Made by a program: the position numbers and the translations under genes. DNA of 64,000 nt from Chthoniobacteraceae bacterium (GTDB lineage Bacteria; Verrucomicrobiota; Verrucomicrobiia; Chthoniobacterales; Chthoniobacteraceae), in the NCBI GenBank assembly GCA_037190965.1, contig JBBCKI010000068.1, positions 42,739-106,738 of the forward strand. Direction: 5' to 3'. The notes below the pieces were generated by a model, which did not search any database, had not been told where the DNA came from, and saw only the letters and a list, made by a program, of their open reading frames with translations. How positions within the stretch are numbered: the first letter of the stretch is position 1; each line of letters opens with the position of its first letter. Of this stretch, positions 9,691 to 19,888 are shown in pieces.

Positions 9691-9744
9691 TGGAGCCTTT
9701 CATCCCGGGGGATGAGTAGGTCAACGCGGAGCTGGGGGATCGCC

Positions 9745-10035
9745 TTAGCGGCGGATGAGAAGGCCGAGGACGAAACCGATACCCAGCGCCGTCAGCACGC
9801 CGCGAAGCGGGTTCTCGCGGACATAGTGTTCTCCTTCCTCCTGCCAGGAACGGGCGCGGGTGCGGGCCTGCTGGTAGGCCTGTTCGGCGCGGCCACGGAG
9901 CTCGTGCGCCTTTGCTTCGGCGGCAGAGCGGATGTCTTCGGCGGCCTGCTTGGCGTGTGTCTTACCGCTTTCGAACTTACTGGCGGCTTCCTGTTGCTCC
10001 TTGGATGTCGTGGGATCGCTGGTTGTCTCGTTCAT
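9745..10035 (-). CDS. ElaB/YqjD/DUF883 membrane-anchored ribosome-binding protein
   Basis: Helical N-terminus and C-terminal YVRENPLRGVLTALGIGFVLGLLIRR. Confidence 0.88.
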   Translation of the reverse strand: MNETTSDPTTSKEQQEAASKFESGKTHAKQAAEDIRSAAEAKAHELRGRAEQAYQQARTRARSWQEEGEHYVRENPLRGVLTALGIGFVLGLLIRR

Positions 10036-10197
10036 AAGTCTATTATCGGTTGGTTGAATTAATAAACGGCATTCAAAGCCGGGTGGCAAGGGTCAAGGAT
10101 TGCAGGGCTCATTGTCATTCCCCCGCGATTTCCTCTTAAAACGCGTCATCTGCCGTATTCGCGCGTTTCATGCGGCCTCAGAACCCTTGTTTTCCAG

Positions 10198-10416
10198 CTA
10201 TTTTTCCCGAAAAACGATCCGGGCTTTACTCAAATCGTACGGAGAGAGCTCCAGCGTCACTTTGTCTCCGGGGACAATGCGGATAAAATTTTTTCGCATT
10301 TTGCCGGAGATATGCGCCAGCACATCATTGCCGTTGGGAAGCTGAACACGGAACATGGTTCCTGGCAGCACGTCCCTCACGGTGCCCTCCGTCTGAATCC
10401 CATCTTCTTTCGGCAT
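10198..10416 (-). CDS. infA: Translation initiation factor IF-1
   Basis: 72 aa; [28 protein letters not shown]. Confidence 0.98.
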   Translation of the reverse strand: MPKEDGIQTEGTVRDVLPGTMFRVQLPNGNDVLAHISGKMRKNFIRIVPGDKVTLELSPYDLSKARIVFREK

Positions 10417-10493
10417 GGTTCTGTATCATGCCGGGTTAAACCGGGGAGTTCAACCTGAAAAGGGGGGCGTTGCCGCACCGGTAGTCCGACCTT

Positions 10494-11153
10494 TTACCCC
10501 CGTGCCGTTTTCATCGCCGCGACATACGCTGCTGCGGCGGTCGTCAATGCCTCCCAATCCCGACGCTCGAGGATCGCCTTGCTCACCAATCCGGAGCCCA
10601 CCCCCAGCGCGACGCAGCCTGCCTTGATGAAACTCCCGACCGTCTCCGGCATGACGCCGCCCGTCGGGATGATCGGGAGCTGCGGCATGGGGGCCAGCAG
10701 GTTTTTGATGTATTGCGGTCCCAGCGCGTCGGCGGGGAAGATTTTGATGAAGTCCGCCCCACACTCATAGGCCGCGAGCGCTTCGGTTGGTGTGTACGCC
10801 CCACAGATTACCGGCTTGCCGTAGCGGTTTCCCATTCGGATCACCTCGGGGCGAAGCACCGGTGTGACGATAAACTCCGCCCCCGCCAGTAACGCCCCAC
10901 GGCAGGTCTCGGCGTCGAGCACGCTTCCGACGCCGATCAGCACCCGCCCCGTGAATTCGCGGGCAATCCCGGAGATCGCCCCGAGCGCGTCGGGTGTTGT
11001 CATCGTCACCTCCATCGCGGTCACGCCGCCCTCAAGCAGCGCCTTGGCGGCGCAGACGAGGCAGTCCGGGCTATCGGCGCGCATGATCGCGACGATGCCG
11101 GGGTTTACAATACGGTTGAGGAGATCGAGCTTCATCATGGTTGCATCAAACAT
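10494..11153 (-). CDS. eda: KDPG/KHG aldolase
   Basis: EVT..TP, G.G.V, GA.TPTE, K.FPA and PTGGV motifs. Start may be 11138. Confidence 0.9.
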   Translation of the reverse strand: MFDATMMKLDLLNRIVNPGIVAIMRADSPDCLVCAAKALLEGGVTAMEVTMTTPDALGAISGIAREFTGRVLIGVGSVLDAETCRGALLAGAEFIVTPVLRPEVIRMGNRYGKPVICGAYTPTEALAAYECGADFIKIFPADALGPQYIKNLLAPMPQLPIIPTGGVMPETVGSFIKAGCVALGVGSGLVSKAILERRDWEALTTAAAAYVAAMKTARG

Positions 11154-12432
11154 TCCAGACGCTCTTGCCGCCCACGATCGTCCGCACCGCGCGGCCTTTC
11201 AGTTCCCAGCCGTGGAAGGGCGTGTTGCGGGAGCGGGAGAGCGACGCGTTTTTGTCGACGGTCCACTCCAGCCCCGGGTCGATGATGGTTACGTCGGCGA
11301 CGGCTCCAAGGGAAAGCGTGCCACGGTCGAGCTTGAGCAATTGCGCCGGGTTGATGGTGTAGAGTTCGATGAGCCGCGAGAGGGAAATCGCTTTGCGCTT
11401 GTGGACGAGGATGTCGAGGAAGAGCGCCAATTCCGTCTCCAACCCGAGAATCCCGAAGGGAGCCTGATCGAACTCGCGCTCCTTCTCGAAGTCGCAGTGC
11501 GGGGCGTGATCGCTGGCCAGAATCGTGATCGTGCCGTCGGCGATGCCTTCGATGAGTTCCTCCACGTCGCGCTCTGTCCGCAAGGGCGGATTCATTTTGA
11601 AATTGGTGTCGAACGAGCGGATCGACTCGTCGGTCAACGCGATGTGGTGAGGGCAGACTTCGCCCGTCAGCGGAATGCCTCGCGAGCGGGCCTCGCGCAG
11701 GATGCGGATGCTTCCGCCTGCGGAGAGGTGCTGGCAGTGGATCGGCGTGCCGCAGAGTTCGGCAAGCTGCGCGTTGCGCTGCACGATGATCTCTTCGCCC
11801 AGCGACGGCCAGCCGGGCAAGCCTAGCACGGTGCTCCAGTACCCTTCATGCATGACGCCTTTGCCGACGAGGTTGTAGTCCTGGCAGTGGTCCATCACCG
11901 GAAGGTCGAACATCTTCGCGTACTCCAGGGCGCGGCGCATCATCTCGTGGCTTTGAATGCAATGACCGTCGTCGGTCAGCGCAACGATCCCCGCCTTCGC
12001 CATGGCGCCAATGGGTGCAAGTTCCTCGCCCGCGATCCCTTTGGTAATCGCGCCGGTTGCATAGACATTGACGCACGACTCCGCCGTCGCCTTGTCTTTC
12101 ACCCAGCCCACGACACTGGCGTTGTCGATGGATGGGTTGGTGTTAGGCATGCAGACAACGCTGGTGAATCCGCCCGCCGCCGCCGCGCGCGCACCCGTGG
12201 CAATGGTCTCCTTGGCCGATTGCCCCGGCTCGCGCAGATGGACATGGATATCGATCAACCCTGGCGCGACGACGAGTCCCGTGCAGTCGATTTCATCATA
12301 GGGTGCACCTTCGGCGTCGAGGGCGGAACGTTCGACAATGCGGCCATTGAGAATGGCGAGATCGGCGATTTCGTCACGGCGATTGGCCGGGTCGATCACG
12401 CGGCCGTTGCGGAGGAGAGTGGGGTTGGTCAT
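11146..12432 (-). CDS. pyrC: Dihydroorotase
   Basis: DIHVHLREPG, MPNT, KMNPPLR, SDHAPH and NTPF motifs. Confidence 0.95.
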   Translation of the reverse strand: MTNPTLLRNGRVIDPANRRDEIADLAILNGRIVERSALDAEGAPYDEIDCTGLVVAPGLIDIHVHLREPGQSAKETIATGARAAAAGGFTSVVCMPNTNPSIDNASVVGWVKDKATAESCVNVYATGAITKGIAGEELAPIGAMAKAGIVALTDDGHCIQSHEMMRRALEYAKMFDLPVMDHCQDYNLVGKGVMHEGYWSTVLGLPGWPSLGEEIIVQRNAQLAELCGTPIHCQHLSAGGSIRILREARSRGIPLTGEVCPHHIALTDESIRSFDTNFKMNPPLRTERDVEELIEGIADGTITILASDHAPHCDFEKEREFDQAPFGILGLETELALFLDILVHKRKAISLSRLIELYTINPAQLLKLDRGTLSLGAVADVTIIDPGLEWTVDKNASLSRSRNTPFHGWELKGRAVRTIVGGKSVWNV

Positions 12433-13274
12433 GAGTCAGTAAGAGTTTTACGAAGGCGGAGGCGGATGACTAGCAATGTGAGGGCGGAAAAGAGGATGCC
12501 GGAGAGGAGTAGGAGGAAGGCTTCGAAGTTCAGGAGTTCGACCCGGGCAAAATGAATGAAAAAGGTCGGTTTGAGGATCGCGTAGAGTCGAACGATCGCG
12601 CCTGCAACTCCCACGAGGAGAGGGAATGGGGTCCACCAGGAATGATGGGAAGCGATCCATCGGAGGGGGAGCGCCGCGGTGCTCACCGTCAGGAACAGCA
12701 TCGTCATGAAACATCCCCAGAAAAGCGGGTTGGCTTCAATCCAGAGGAGTTTGAGGAGGGTGTTATTGGGATCGAGAAAATATTTTTCGACAAGAAATTC
12801 GGGGGCAAAAAGCGCCCTGCCAGAAAGCCCGCCAGCTAAAACGGATGGGCAAGAGAAGCTCAAGTTCCATCCGAAAAGTAGAAGCCAAAAGCGGCGCAGA
12901 AGTGCTGCGCTCCGGGACGCTGGCGCAAGGAGTTTCCCCTCGTTCCCAATCTCCAGATTGGGAACGCACTTGTCTGCGAATCTCTGATTCGTACGCCTCC
13001 GGGCTAAGAAACGCGCGAGCTTATCGTTGAGCCTTTGCAAAGGCTGCTTGTGAGAGGTGCGGTTTCGAAACTGGGGTTTCGGGGACACTGGCATTCCCAA
13101 TCTGGAGATTGGGAACGAGGAAAAGGCCCCCCTCAATAGGGCTGGCAGCGGGATCAATATTCCCAATCGGTTCACCAGAGTTTGGCGGGGAATGAACATA
13201 CAGCCGATGGGTGCAAGGATCATCAGATAACCGACCCATGTCACGGGGGCGGGTTGGAGGAGAAGAGATGACAT
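12429..13274 (-). CDS. Hypothetical multi-pass membrane protein carrying an in-frame repeat insertion
   Basis: Several hydrophobic segments; stop overlaps the pyrC ATG (ATGA); contains the 183-bp element at 12938-13120. Confidence 0.65.
   Translation of the reverse strand: MSSLLLQPAPVTWVGYLMILAPIGCMFIPRQTLVNRLGILIPLPALLRGAFSSFPISRLGMPVSPKPQFRNRTSHKQPLQRLNDKLARFLARRRTNQRFADKCVPNLEIGNEGKLLAPASRSAALLRRFWLLLFGWNLSFSCPSVLAGGLSGRALFAPEFLVEKYFLDPNNTLLKLLWIEANPLFWGCFMTMLFLTVSTAALPLRWIASHHSWWTPFPLLVGVAGAIVRLYAILKPTFFIHFARVELLNFEAFLLLLSGILFSALTLLVIRLRLRKTLTDS
12938..13120. repeat. REPIN-like doublet (family E, CTCGTTCCC type) inside a CDS
   Basis: 27-bp perfect inverted ends cctcgttcccaatctccagattgggaa, each containing a 10-bp hairpin; imperfect match extends to ~55 bp. 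Confidence 0.88.
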
Positions 13275-13284
13275 GCGAAAAGGG

Positions 13285-14295
13285 CTAGGGTGTTGGAAGT
13301 TCCTGTGCCGATGAAGATCGCTTTTTAAGTTTCTGGACACTGATCACGCTTTTCAGAGGGATCACTTTGAGTTCGAAGCTGTGGGGGGAAATGAAGTGGG
13401 GAGTGGCTCGAAAACGCCCTCGGATTTCGTTGGAGTCCACGCCGGTGATCATGCCATGCACGACTTGCCATTCCGCTTCGCGGGATGTGGAACCGTGTGT
13501 GATCCTTACTTCGGAACCGATAAGCGCATGAAAGGGAGCGAGGTTCGGAGATTTTGAATCGATTTCCGCGAGGACGATTGCTCCGTCCGCGATCCATGAG
13601 GATGAATCCACACTTCGATCGGCGTTCACAAAGATTGTCGATTCGGGCGAGTCCCCCGATTTGCCTGAGTGAAATGTGATTGTGAATTGTGGACGTCCGA
13701 ACCACGGGCTTTCCCGGGTTGCGATGCGGTCTGGAATGATCTGGGCCGCTGGGTGGTGGCTCAGGAGATAATCGGTGGCTATTTTTAAGGCTTCTTCTTT
13801 TAAGAGCGGAGGATTGGTGTCGGATTCCTCCGGAGTCATCTGGCAGATCGCGTAGCCCTCATCGAGAAGACCATCTCGCGCGCCTATGTATATCCCATCC
13901 TGGGGCGCAGGGTTCAGATAGCAGCGATAGCGTTTCCCCTTTTCAAGGACCACTCGGCAGTCCATGCCGGAACCTTTTGAGACTCGAACTTTTATCTCGG
14001 TGGGTGCTTTTCCTTTGATCGTCGCTAGCACTTTCAGGGTGGCGACGAAGCCGTCCCTGTCGCGGAAGCTTTCCCCTTTTGTTTCCAACGCAATCGCGTT
14101 GCAGATCACCTCAGCCTTCTCCGAAAGCTCATCTGAAGAAAAGTTGCTGGGAGTGTATGCCTCGACTCGAAGTGCGAAACAGATGAGAAGAATCGTCGAC
14201 GGAAGGTATGAAAAGCAGCGTAATAGCGCCGCACCCCAAGAGGCTTCGCGCTTAAGGAGCGCTTCATTTTCTTCACCTGCCATAAACGCCTTCAA
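13285..14295 (-). CDS. Hypothetical, probably exported protein
   Basis: 336-aa ORF filling the gap in the pyr operon; hydrophobic signal-like segment ending VEA. Alternative ATG at 14283. Confidence 0.65.
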   Translation of the reverse strand: MKAFMAGEENEALLKREASWGAALLRCFSYLPSTILLICFALRVEAYTPSNFSSDELSEKAEVICNAIALETKGESFRDRDGFVATLKVLATIKGKAPTEIKVRVSKGSGMDCRVVLEKGKRYRCYLNPAPQDGIYIGARDGLLDEGYAICQMTPEESDTNPPLLKEEALKIATDYLLSHHPAAQIIPDRIATRESPWFGRPQFTITFHSGKSGDSPESTIFVNADRSVDSSSWIADGAIVLAEIDSKSPNLAPFHALIGSEVRITHGSTSREAEWQVVHGMITGVDSNEIRGRFRATPHFISPHSFELKVIPLKSVISVQKLKKRSSSAQELPTP

Positions 14296-14987
14296 CTAAT
14301 CGCCCTCGCGATGACAAACGCCGCCGTGGCCGCAAGACCGCCGATCATCGTGGTCTGGAACGCGCTGCGCCACGGGTGTGTCCCGGTGAAACGCCCTTTG
14401 ACGTAGCCGAAGACAAACAGCGCGACGAGGGTGATGGCGGCTGAATAGGTAAGTGCCGTATGCACATCCTCCATCAGGATATAGGGAACGAGCGGGATGA
14501 TCCCGCCCACCATGTACGCCCCGGCGATGGCGGCGGCGCTTTTGAGCGCGCGGCGCGGGTCGGGTTCCTCAAGGCCGAGTTCGAAGCGCATCATGAAATC
14601 GACCCACTGCTGCGGCTTCGCCTCCAGTGCTTTGACGATCGGGGCGATCTCCTCTTCGCTTAAACCATAGCCGCGAAAGACGTCGGCGACTTCCTGCCTT
14701 TCGTCCTCGGTCTTGTCGATAATCTCCTGCTCTTCGCGTCGGCGCTCGCTGCGGTAATGCTCCGCATCGCTCCGCGCGGCGAGATACCCGCCCAAACCCA
14801 TCGCGATGGAACCGGCGGCGATCTCCGCAAAGCCCGCCGTGACGATCAGGCGCGATGCGGCAATCGCGCCGGTCAGCCCCGCCGCAAGCGCGAACGGGAC
14901 GGTCAATCCATCGGACATGCCGATAACGATGTCGCGCACCAGCGCGCCCGCCGTGAAATGCTTTTCGATGTGAGGCGTCGCGGGCAT
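14292..14987 (-). CDS. VIT1/CCC1 iron/manganese transporter
   Basis: RDIVIGMSDGL, AEIAAGSIAMGLGGYL and MMRFELGL motifs. Confidence 0.93.
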   Translation of the reverse strand: MPATPHIEKHFTAGALVRDIVIGMSDGLTVPFALAAGLTGAIAASRLIVTAGFAEIAAGSIAMGLGGYLAARSDAEHYRSERRREEQEIIDKTEDERQEVADVFRGYGLSEEEIAPIVKALEAKPQQWVDFMMRFELGLEEPDPRRALKSAAAIAGAYMVGGIIPLVPYILMEDVHTALTYSAAITLVALFVFGYVKGRFTGTHPWRSAFQTTMIGGLAATAAFVIARAIS

Positions 14988-14992
14988 GACGG

Positions 14993-15964
14993 TTACTCGC
15001 CCGCCTGCCCCCTCGCTCCATCGCACAGATACAGCGCGGCCATGCGGACGGCGAGGCCGTTGGTGACCTGGTCGAGAATCACGCTCCTGCCGCTGTCGGC
15101 GACGTTGCTGTCGATCTCGACGCCCCGGTTGATCGGTCCGGGGTGCATGATAAGCGCGTCAGGCTTGAGCCGTTCGGCGCGTTCCTTCGTCAGGCCGAAG
15201 AAGGCGGTGTATTCGCCGAGGCTCGGGAAATATTCCTTCCTCTGCCGTTCCATCTGGATGCGCAGGAGGTTGATGACGTCCACATCCTCAAGAACATCGT
15301 CGATGCGGTGCGTCACGGTGACGCCCATCTTCTCGAAGCAACGCGGAACGAGCGTGCTCGGGCCGACCAGCGTGACCTTTGCGCCCAGCTTGAGGAGCGC
15401 GTGGATGTTCGAGCGCGCGACGCGGGAGAATAGAATGTCGCCGACGATGGCGACGTGCAGCCCTTCAACGCGCCCCTTCTTCTCGCGAATGGTAAAAGTA
15501 TCGAGCAGCGCCTGGGTCGGATGCTCATGCGCGCCGTCGCCCGCGTTGATGACGCTAGCGCTGAGACGCTCCGCGAGGAACTTTGCCGCGCCCGCCGAGG
15601 AGTGGCGAAGCACGATGATGTCGGCGTGGAGCGCCTGCAGATTCAGCGCGGTGTCCTTGAGTGTCTCGCCCTTGGTAAGGCTGGAGGTGCTCGCGGAGAT
15701 GTTCACCACGTCGGCGCTCAAGCGAAACGCCGCCAGCTCGAAGGAGATGCGGGTGCGGGTGCTGGGCTCGACGAAAAAGTTGACGAGGGTTTTCCCTCGC
15801 AGCGACGGAACTTTCTTGATGTCGCGCGCGCCGACCTGCTTGAACGCGGCGGCGGTGTCGAGTAGGAACCTGATTTCCTCGGCGGAGAGATCCTCTAGGC
15901 CGACGAGATCCTTGCGAGACCACGGCGCGGCGACGGGAGATGGGGAGGGGGTCATGGGAATCAC
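14993..15964 (-). CDS. pyrB: Aspartate carbamoyltransferase catalytic subunit
   Basis: [27 protein letters not shown] and MHPGPINRG motifs. Confidence 0.97.
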   Translation of the reverse strand: MIPMTPSPSPVAAPWSRKDLVGLEDLSAEEIRFLLDTAAAFKQVGARDIKKVPSLRGKTLVNFFVEPSTRTRISFELAAFRLSADVVNISASTSSLTKGETLKDTALNLQALHADIIVLRHSSAGAAKFLAERLSASVINAGDGAHEHPTQALLDTFTIREKKGRVEGLHVAIVGDILFSRVARSNIHALLKLGAKVTLVGPSTLVPRCFEKMGVTVTHRIDDVLEDVDVINLLRIQMERQRKEYFPSLGEYTAFFGLTKERAERLKPDALIMHPGPINRGVEIDSNVADSGRSVILDQVTNGLAVRMAALYLCDGARGQAGE

Positions 15965-16560
15965 GATTTGCTGATCCAGACGGCATCGGCCACGTTGTCC
16001 ACGGCTTGGAAGCGGACAAAGACGCGGTCGCCGGGGGCGGTGGGGATGTTCTTGCCGACGTAATCGGCACGGATCGGGAGTTCGCGATGCCCCCGGTCAA
16101 TCAGGACGGCATACTGGATGCGCGCCGGGCGGCCGAAGGAGGAGATGGAATCCATGGCGGCGCGGCAGGTGCGCCCCGAGTAGAGGACATCGTCGACCAG
16201 CACCAGCGTCAGATCGTCGAGGTTCTGCGGAAGATGAGAGGCGACGACTGGCGAGAGCCGTTGGCGGAGCCGGAGGTCGTCGCGATGCATGGAGACGTCG
16301 ATCACGCCGGTTTGCACTTCGCGGCCTTCGAAGCCTTGAATCAATGCGGCCAGGCGGCGGGCGACTTCCACGCCGCGAGAGGGAATGCCGACGAGGACGA
16401 CTCGGTCGAGGTCGGGGTTGCGCTCGATGATCTCGTGCGCGATGCGCCGCAGAATGCGGTCGATGGCGGCGGCGTCCAGAAGGAGGACTGCCGAAGGTGC
16501 GGGAGGGGAAAGCGGGGTTTCCGGTTGGGTCGACTCGGTAGGCTTGCTGGGTTCGGTCAT
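15961..16560 (-). CDS. pyrR: PyrR pyrimidine regulatory protein/UPRTase
   Basis: [20 protein letters not shown] and [17 protein letters not shown] motifs. Confidence 0.96.
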   Translation of the reverse strand: MTEPSKPTESTQPETPLSPPAPSAVLLLDAAAIDRILRRIAHEIIERNPDLDRVVLVGIPSRGVEVARRLAALIQGFEGREVQTGVIDVSMHRDDLRLRQRLSPVVASHLPQNLDDLTLVLVDDVLYSGRTCRAAMDSISSFGRPARIQYAVLIDRGHRELPIRADYVGKNIPTAPGDRVFVRFQAVDNVADAVWISKS

Positions 16561-16569
16561 TGAGGGTCT

Positions 16570-16601
16570 CCTTGGCAACCTCGCGGGATCGCCGTTAAAG
16601 G
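16570..16601 (-). promoter_or_regulatory. PyrR-binding RNA loop overlapping the pyrR Shine-Dalgarno
   Basis: Minus strand reads CCUUUAAcggcgaUCCcGcGAGGUUgccAAGG-agaccctcaAUG, matching the CUUUAA...UCCNGNGAGGYU consensus. Confidence 0.85.
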
Positions 16602-16616
16602 ATCAGAAAGGGCAGC

Positions 16617-16883
16617 TCAGGTGGATTTAACGGTTTCGGGGGCGACGGATGGGGTAGCGGTCTGCTGTTGCTGGCGTTTTTCGCGCCAGGCGGATCGGTA
16701 TCTTACAATCCAGTCGAGCAAAGCTCGCTCAAAACCGATGTCGTAGCCCGCTTTCTCGCTCTCCAGCCATTTGTGGCAGAGAATCTCCTCGCGCTCAGCC
16801 AGAAACTCCTTGTAGAGCACCGAATTTCTGACGAGATCCGAATTTTCAGTGTTCGGATGATCCATGGTGGGGTCACTTTTCAT
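16617..16883 (-). CDS. DUF4032-like small protein
   Basis: EREEIL.HKWLESEKAGYDIGFERALLDW motif. Confidence 0.8.
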   Translation of the reverse strand: MKSDPTMDHPNTENSDLVRNSVLYKEFLAEREEILCHKWLESEKAGYDIGFERALLDWIVRYRSAWREKRQQQQTATPSVAPETVKST

Positions 16884-17001
16884 AAGAAACACCAACCCGT
16901 CAATGCTGCTTTTCCCTCAAATAGGTTTCGGGCGCGGCCTGTTGCCCGGATGACTTTTGGAGCACTAAGGGGGAGGGGATGGGGGGTGGATAACATTGCG
17001 T

Positions 17002-18042
17002 TCAGGCAGAGAGAGTATCCTGCAAGTGTTTCGCAATGGCAAGAAATGCCTGGCTTACCGGGCTCTCCGGGTTGGCTGCCGTGACGGGAAGGCCGCGGTC
17101 GCCCGCCTCCCTGGTGGCGATATCGATGGGGATTTCTCCCAGGAGCGGTACGCCGAGGCGCTTCGCTTCCCGCTCGCCGCCGCCGCTGCCGAAGATGTCG
17201 TACCGCTTATCGTCGCTCGGGCAGACGAAATAGCTCATGTTCTCGATCAGCCCGAGAATCGGGACGTTGACCTTGCCGAACATTGAGGAAGCCTTGCGGG
17301 CGTCGATCAGCGCGACTTCCTGCGGGGTCGTCACGATCACCGCGCCCGCGAGAGCGACGGTCTGGACAATGGTGAGCTGGATGTCGCCCGTGCCGGGAGG
17401 AAGGTCGAGAATGAGAAAATCGAGTTCACCCCATTCCACCTGCCGCAAAAACTGCTGGGTGTAACGGGTCACCATCGGCCCACGGAGCACGGCCGGGGAG
17501 GTGTCTTCGAGCAGGAAGCCCATAGACATCAGTTTGAGCCCTGCCGTTTCGATGGGAATAATGAAATTATCTTCCGTCGCCATTGGCCGCTCCCGGCTCC
17601 CGAACATCAGGGCGACGCTCGGGCCGTAAAGGTCGCAGTCGCAAAGCCCGACTTTCGCCCCATTGCGCTGGAGCGCGACGGCGAGGTTCGCCGCCACGGT
17701 TGATTTGCCGACGCCCCCCTTGCCGCTGGCCACCGCGAGGATGTGTTTAACCCCGGGGATCGCCGTCGCGACGTTCGCCGAAGCCGCCTGAGGCGGGGCC
17801 TGCACGTCGATCCGCACCTGCACGTTGCCGATGCCGGAGATCGCCTTCAACGCCGCCTCGCTCCCGGTCTTGATCGCCTGTGGGATCGCGTTGTCAGCGG
17901 TGGCCAGGCTCATCTGGACGATCACATCCTCCCCGGAGATACGGATCTCTTTGACGAGCCCAAAAGAAACGATGTCCCGGCTAAATCCCGGGTAGCGGAC
18001 TTGCGAGAGGGTGCTGCGGATCAGGTCTTCGGTAATGGCCAT
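17002..18042 (-). CDS. mrp: Mrp/ApbC (NBP35) Fe-S cluster carrier ATPase
   Basis: ASGKGGVGKST, DLPPGTGD and ENMSYFVCP motifs; N-terminal DUF59-like domain. Confidence 0.95.
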   Translation of the reverse strand: MAITEDLIRSTLSQVRYPGFSRDIVSFGLVKEIRISGEDVIVQMSLATADNAIPQAIKTGSEAALKAISGIGNVQVRIDVQAPPQAASANVATAIPGVKHILAVASGKGGVGKSTVAANLAVALQRNGAKVGLCDCDLYGPSVALMFGSRERPMATEDNFIIPIETAGLKLMSMGFLLEDTSPAVLRGPMVTRYTQQFLRQVEWGELDFLILDLPPGTGDIQLTIVQTVALAGAVIVTTPQEVALIDARKASSMFGKVNVPILGLIENMSYFVCPSDDKRYDIFGSGGGEREAKRLGVPLLGEIPIDIATREAGDRGLPVTAANPESPVSQAFLAIAKHLQDTLSA

Positions 18043-18125
18043 GAGAGAGAATCGATAAACCGGGATTGAAACTCAAATCCGGGATTGGAGCGAGTGGAAA
18101 TCTTTAAGGGTTGGAGGCAAGAATG

Positions 18126-18285
18126 GGTAGTCCGCTCGCGCCGCGAGCGCGGGAGACGACGATGTAGCGCGTTTGACGTTCATCCCCGCAGGGCGGGTTG
18201 TGGGTGTTGGGATGCGGCTTGCAGGGCGGTATGGGAGCCGATACCCGCGCTCGCGGCGCGAGCGGACTACCGGTGCTTCCGCACC
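18126..18285 (+). repeat. GTAG-tagged REPIN-like element (family F), copy 1
   Basis: ggtagtccgctcgcgccgcgagcgcggg...catccccgcagg...cccgcgctcgcggcgcgagcggactacc followed by a ggtgcttccgcacc hairpin. Confidence 0.9.
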
Positions 18286-18304
18286 TTGAAAAACCGTAGT
18301 GCAC

Positions 18305-19717
<1,413 letters not shown>

Positions 19718-19724
19718 CGCGGTT

Positions 19725-19888
19725 TAGGTCATGTTAACAAATTTGCTGAAATCGGCTAAAAGCCGGTTTTTGGCCCAAAACGGCCTTCTTCGGGTATCCG
19801 ACTCGCGATTCGGCTTCCCTCAGAAGCCTCGTTTTCGGCTCAAAAATCGATCTTTTATCCATCTTTCTCAATTTGTTAACACGACCTA
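19725..19888. mobile_element. MITE (family B), copy 1, TA-flanked
   Basis: TAggtcatgttaacaaatt...aatttgttaacacgaccTA; interior homologous to 25200-25364 and 31574-31670. Confidence 0.85.
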
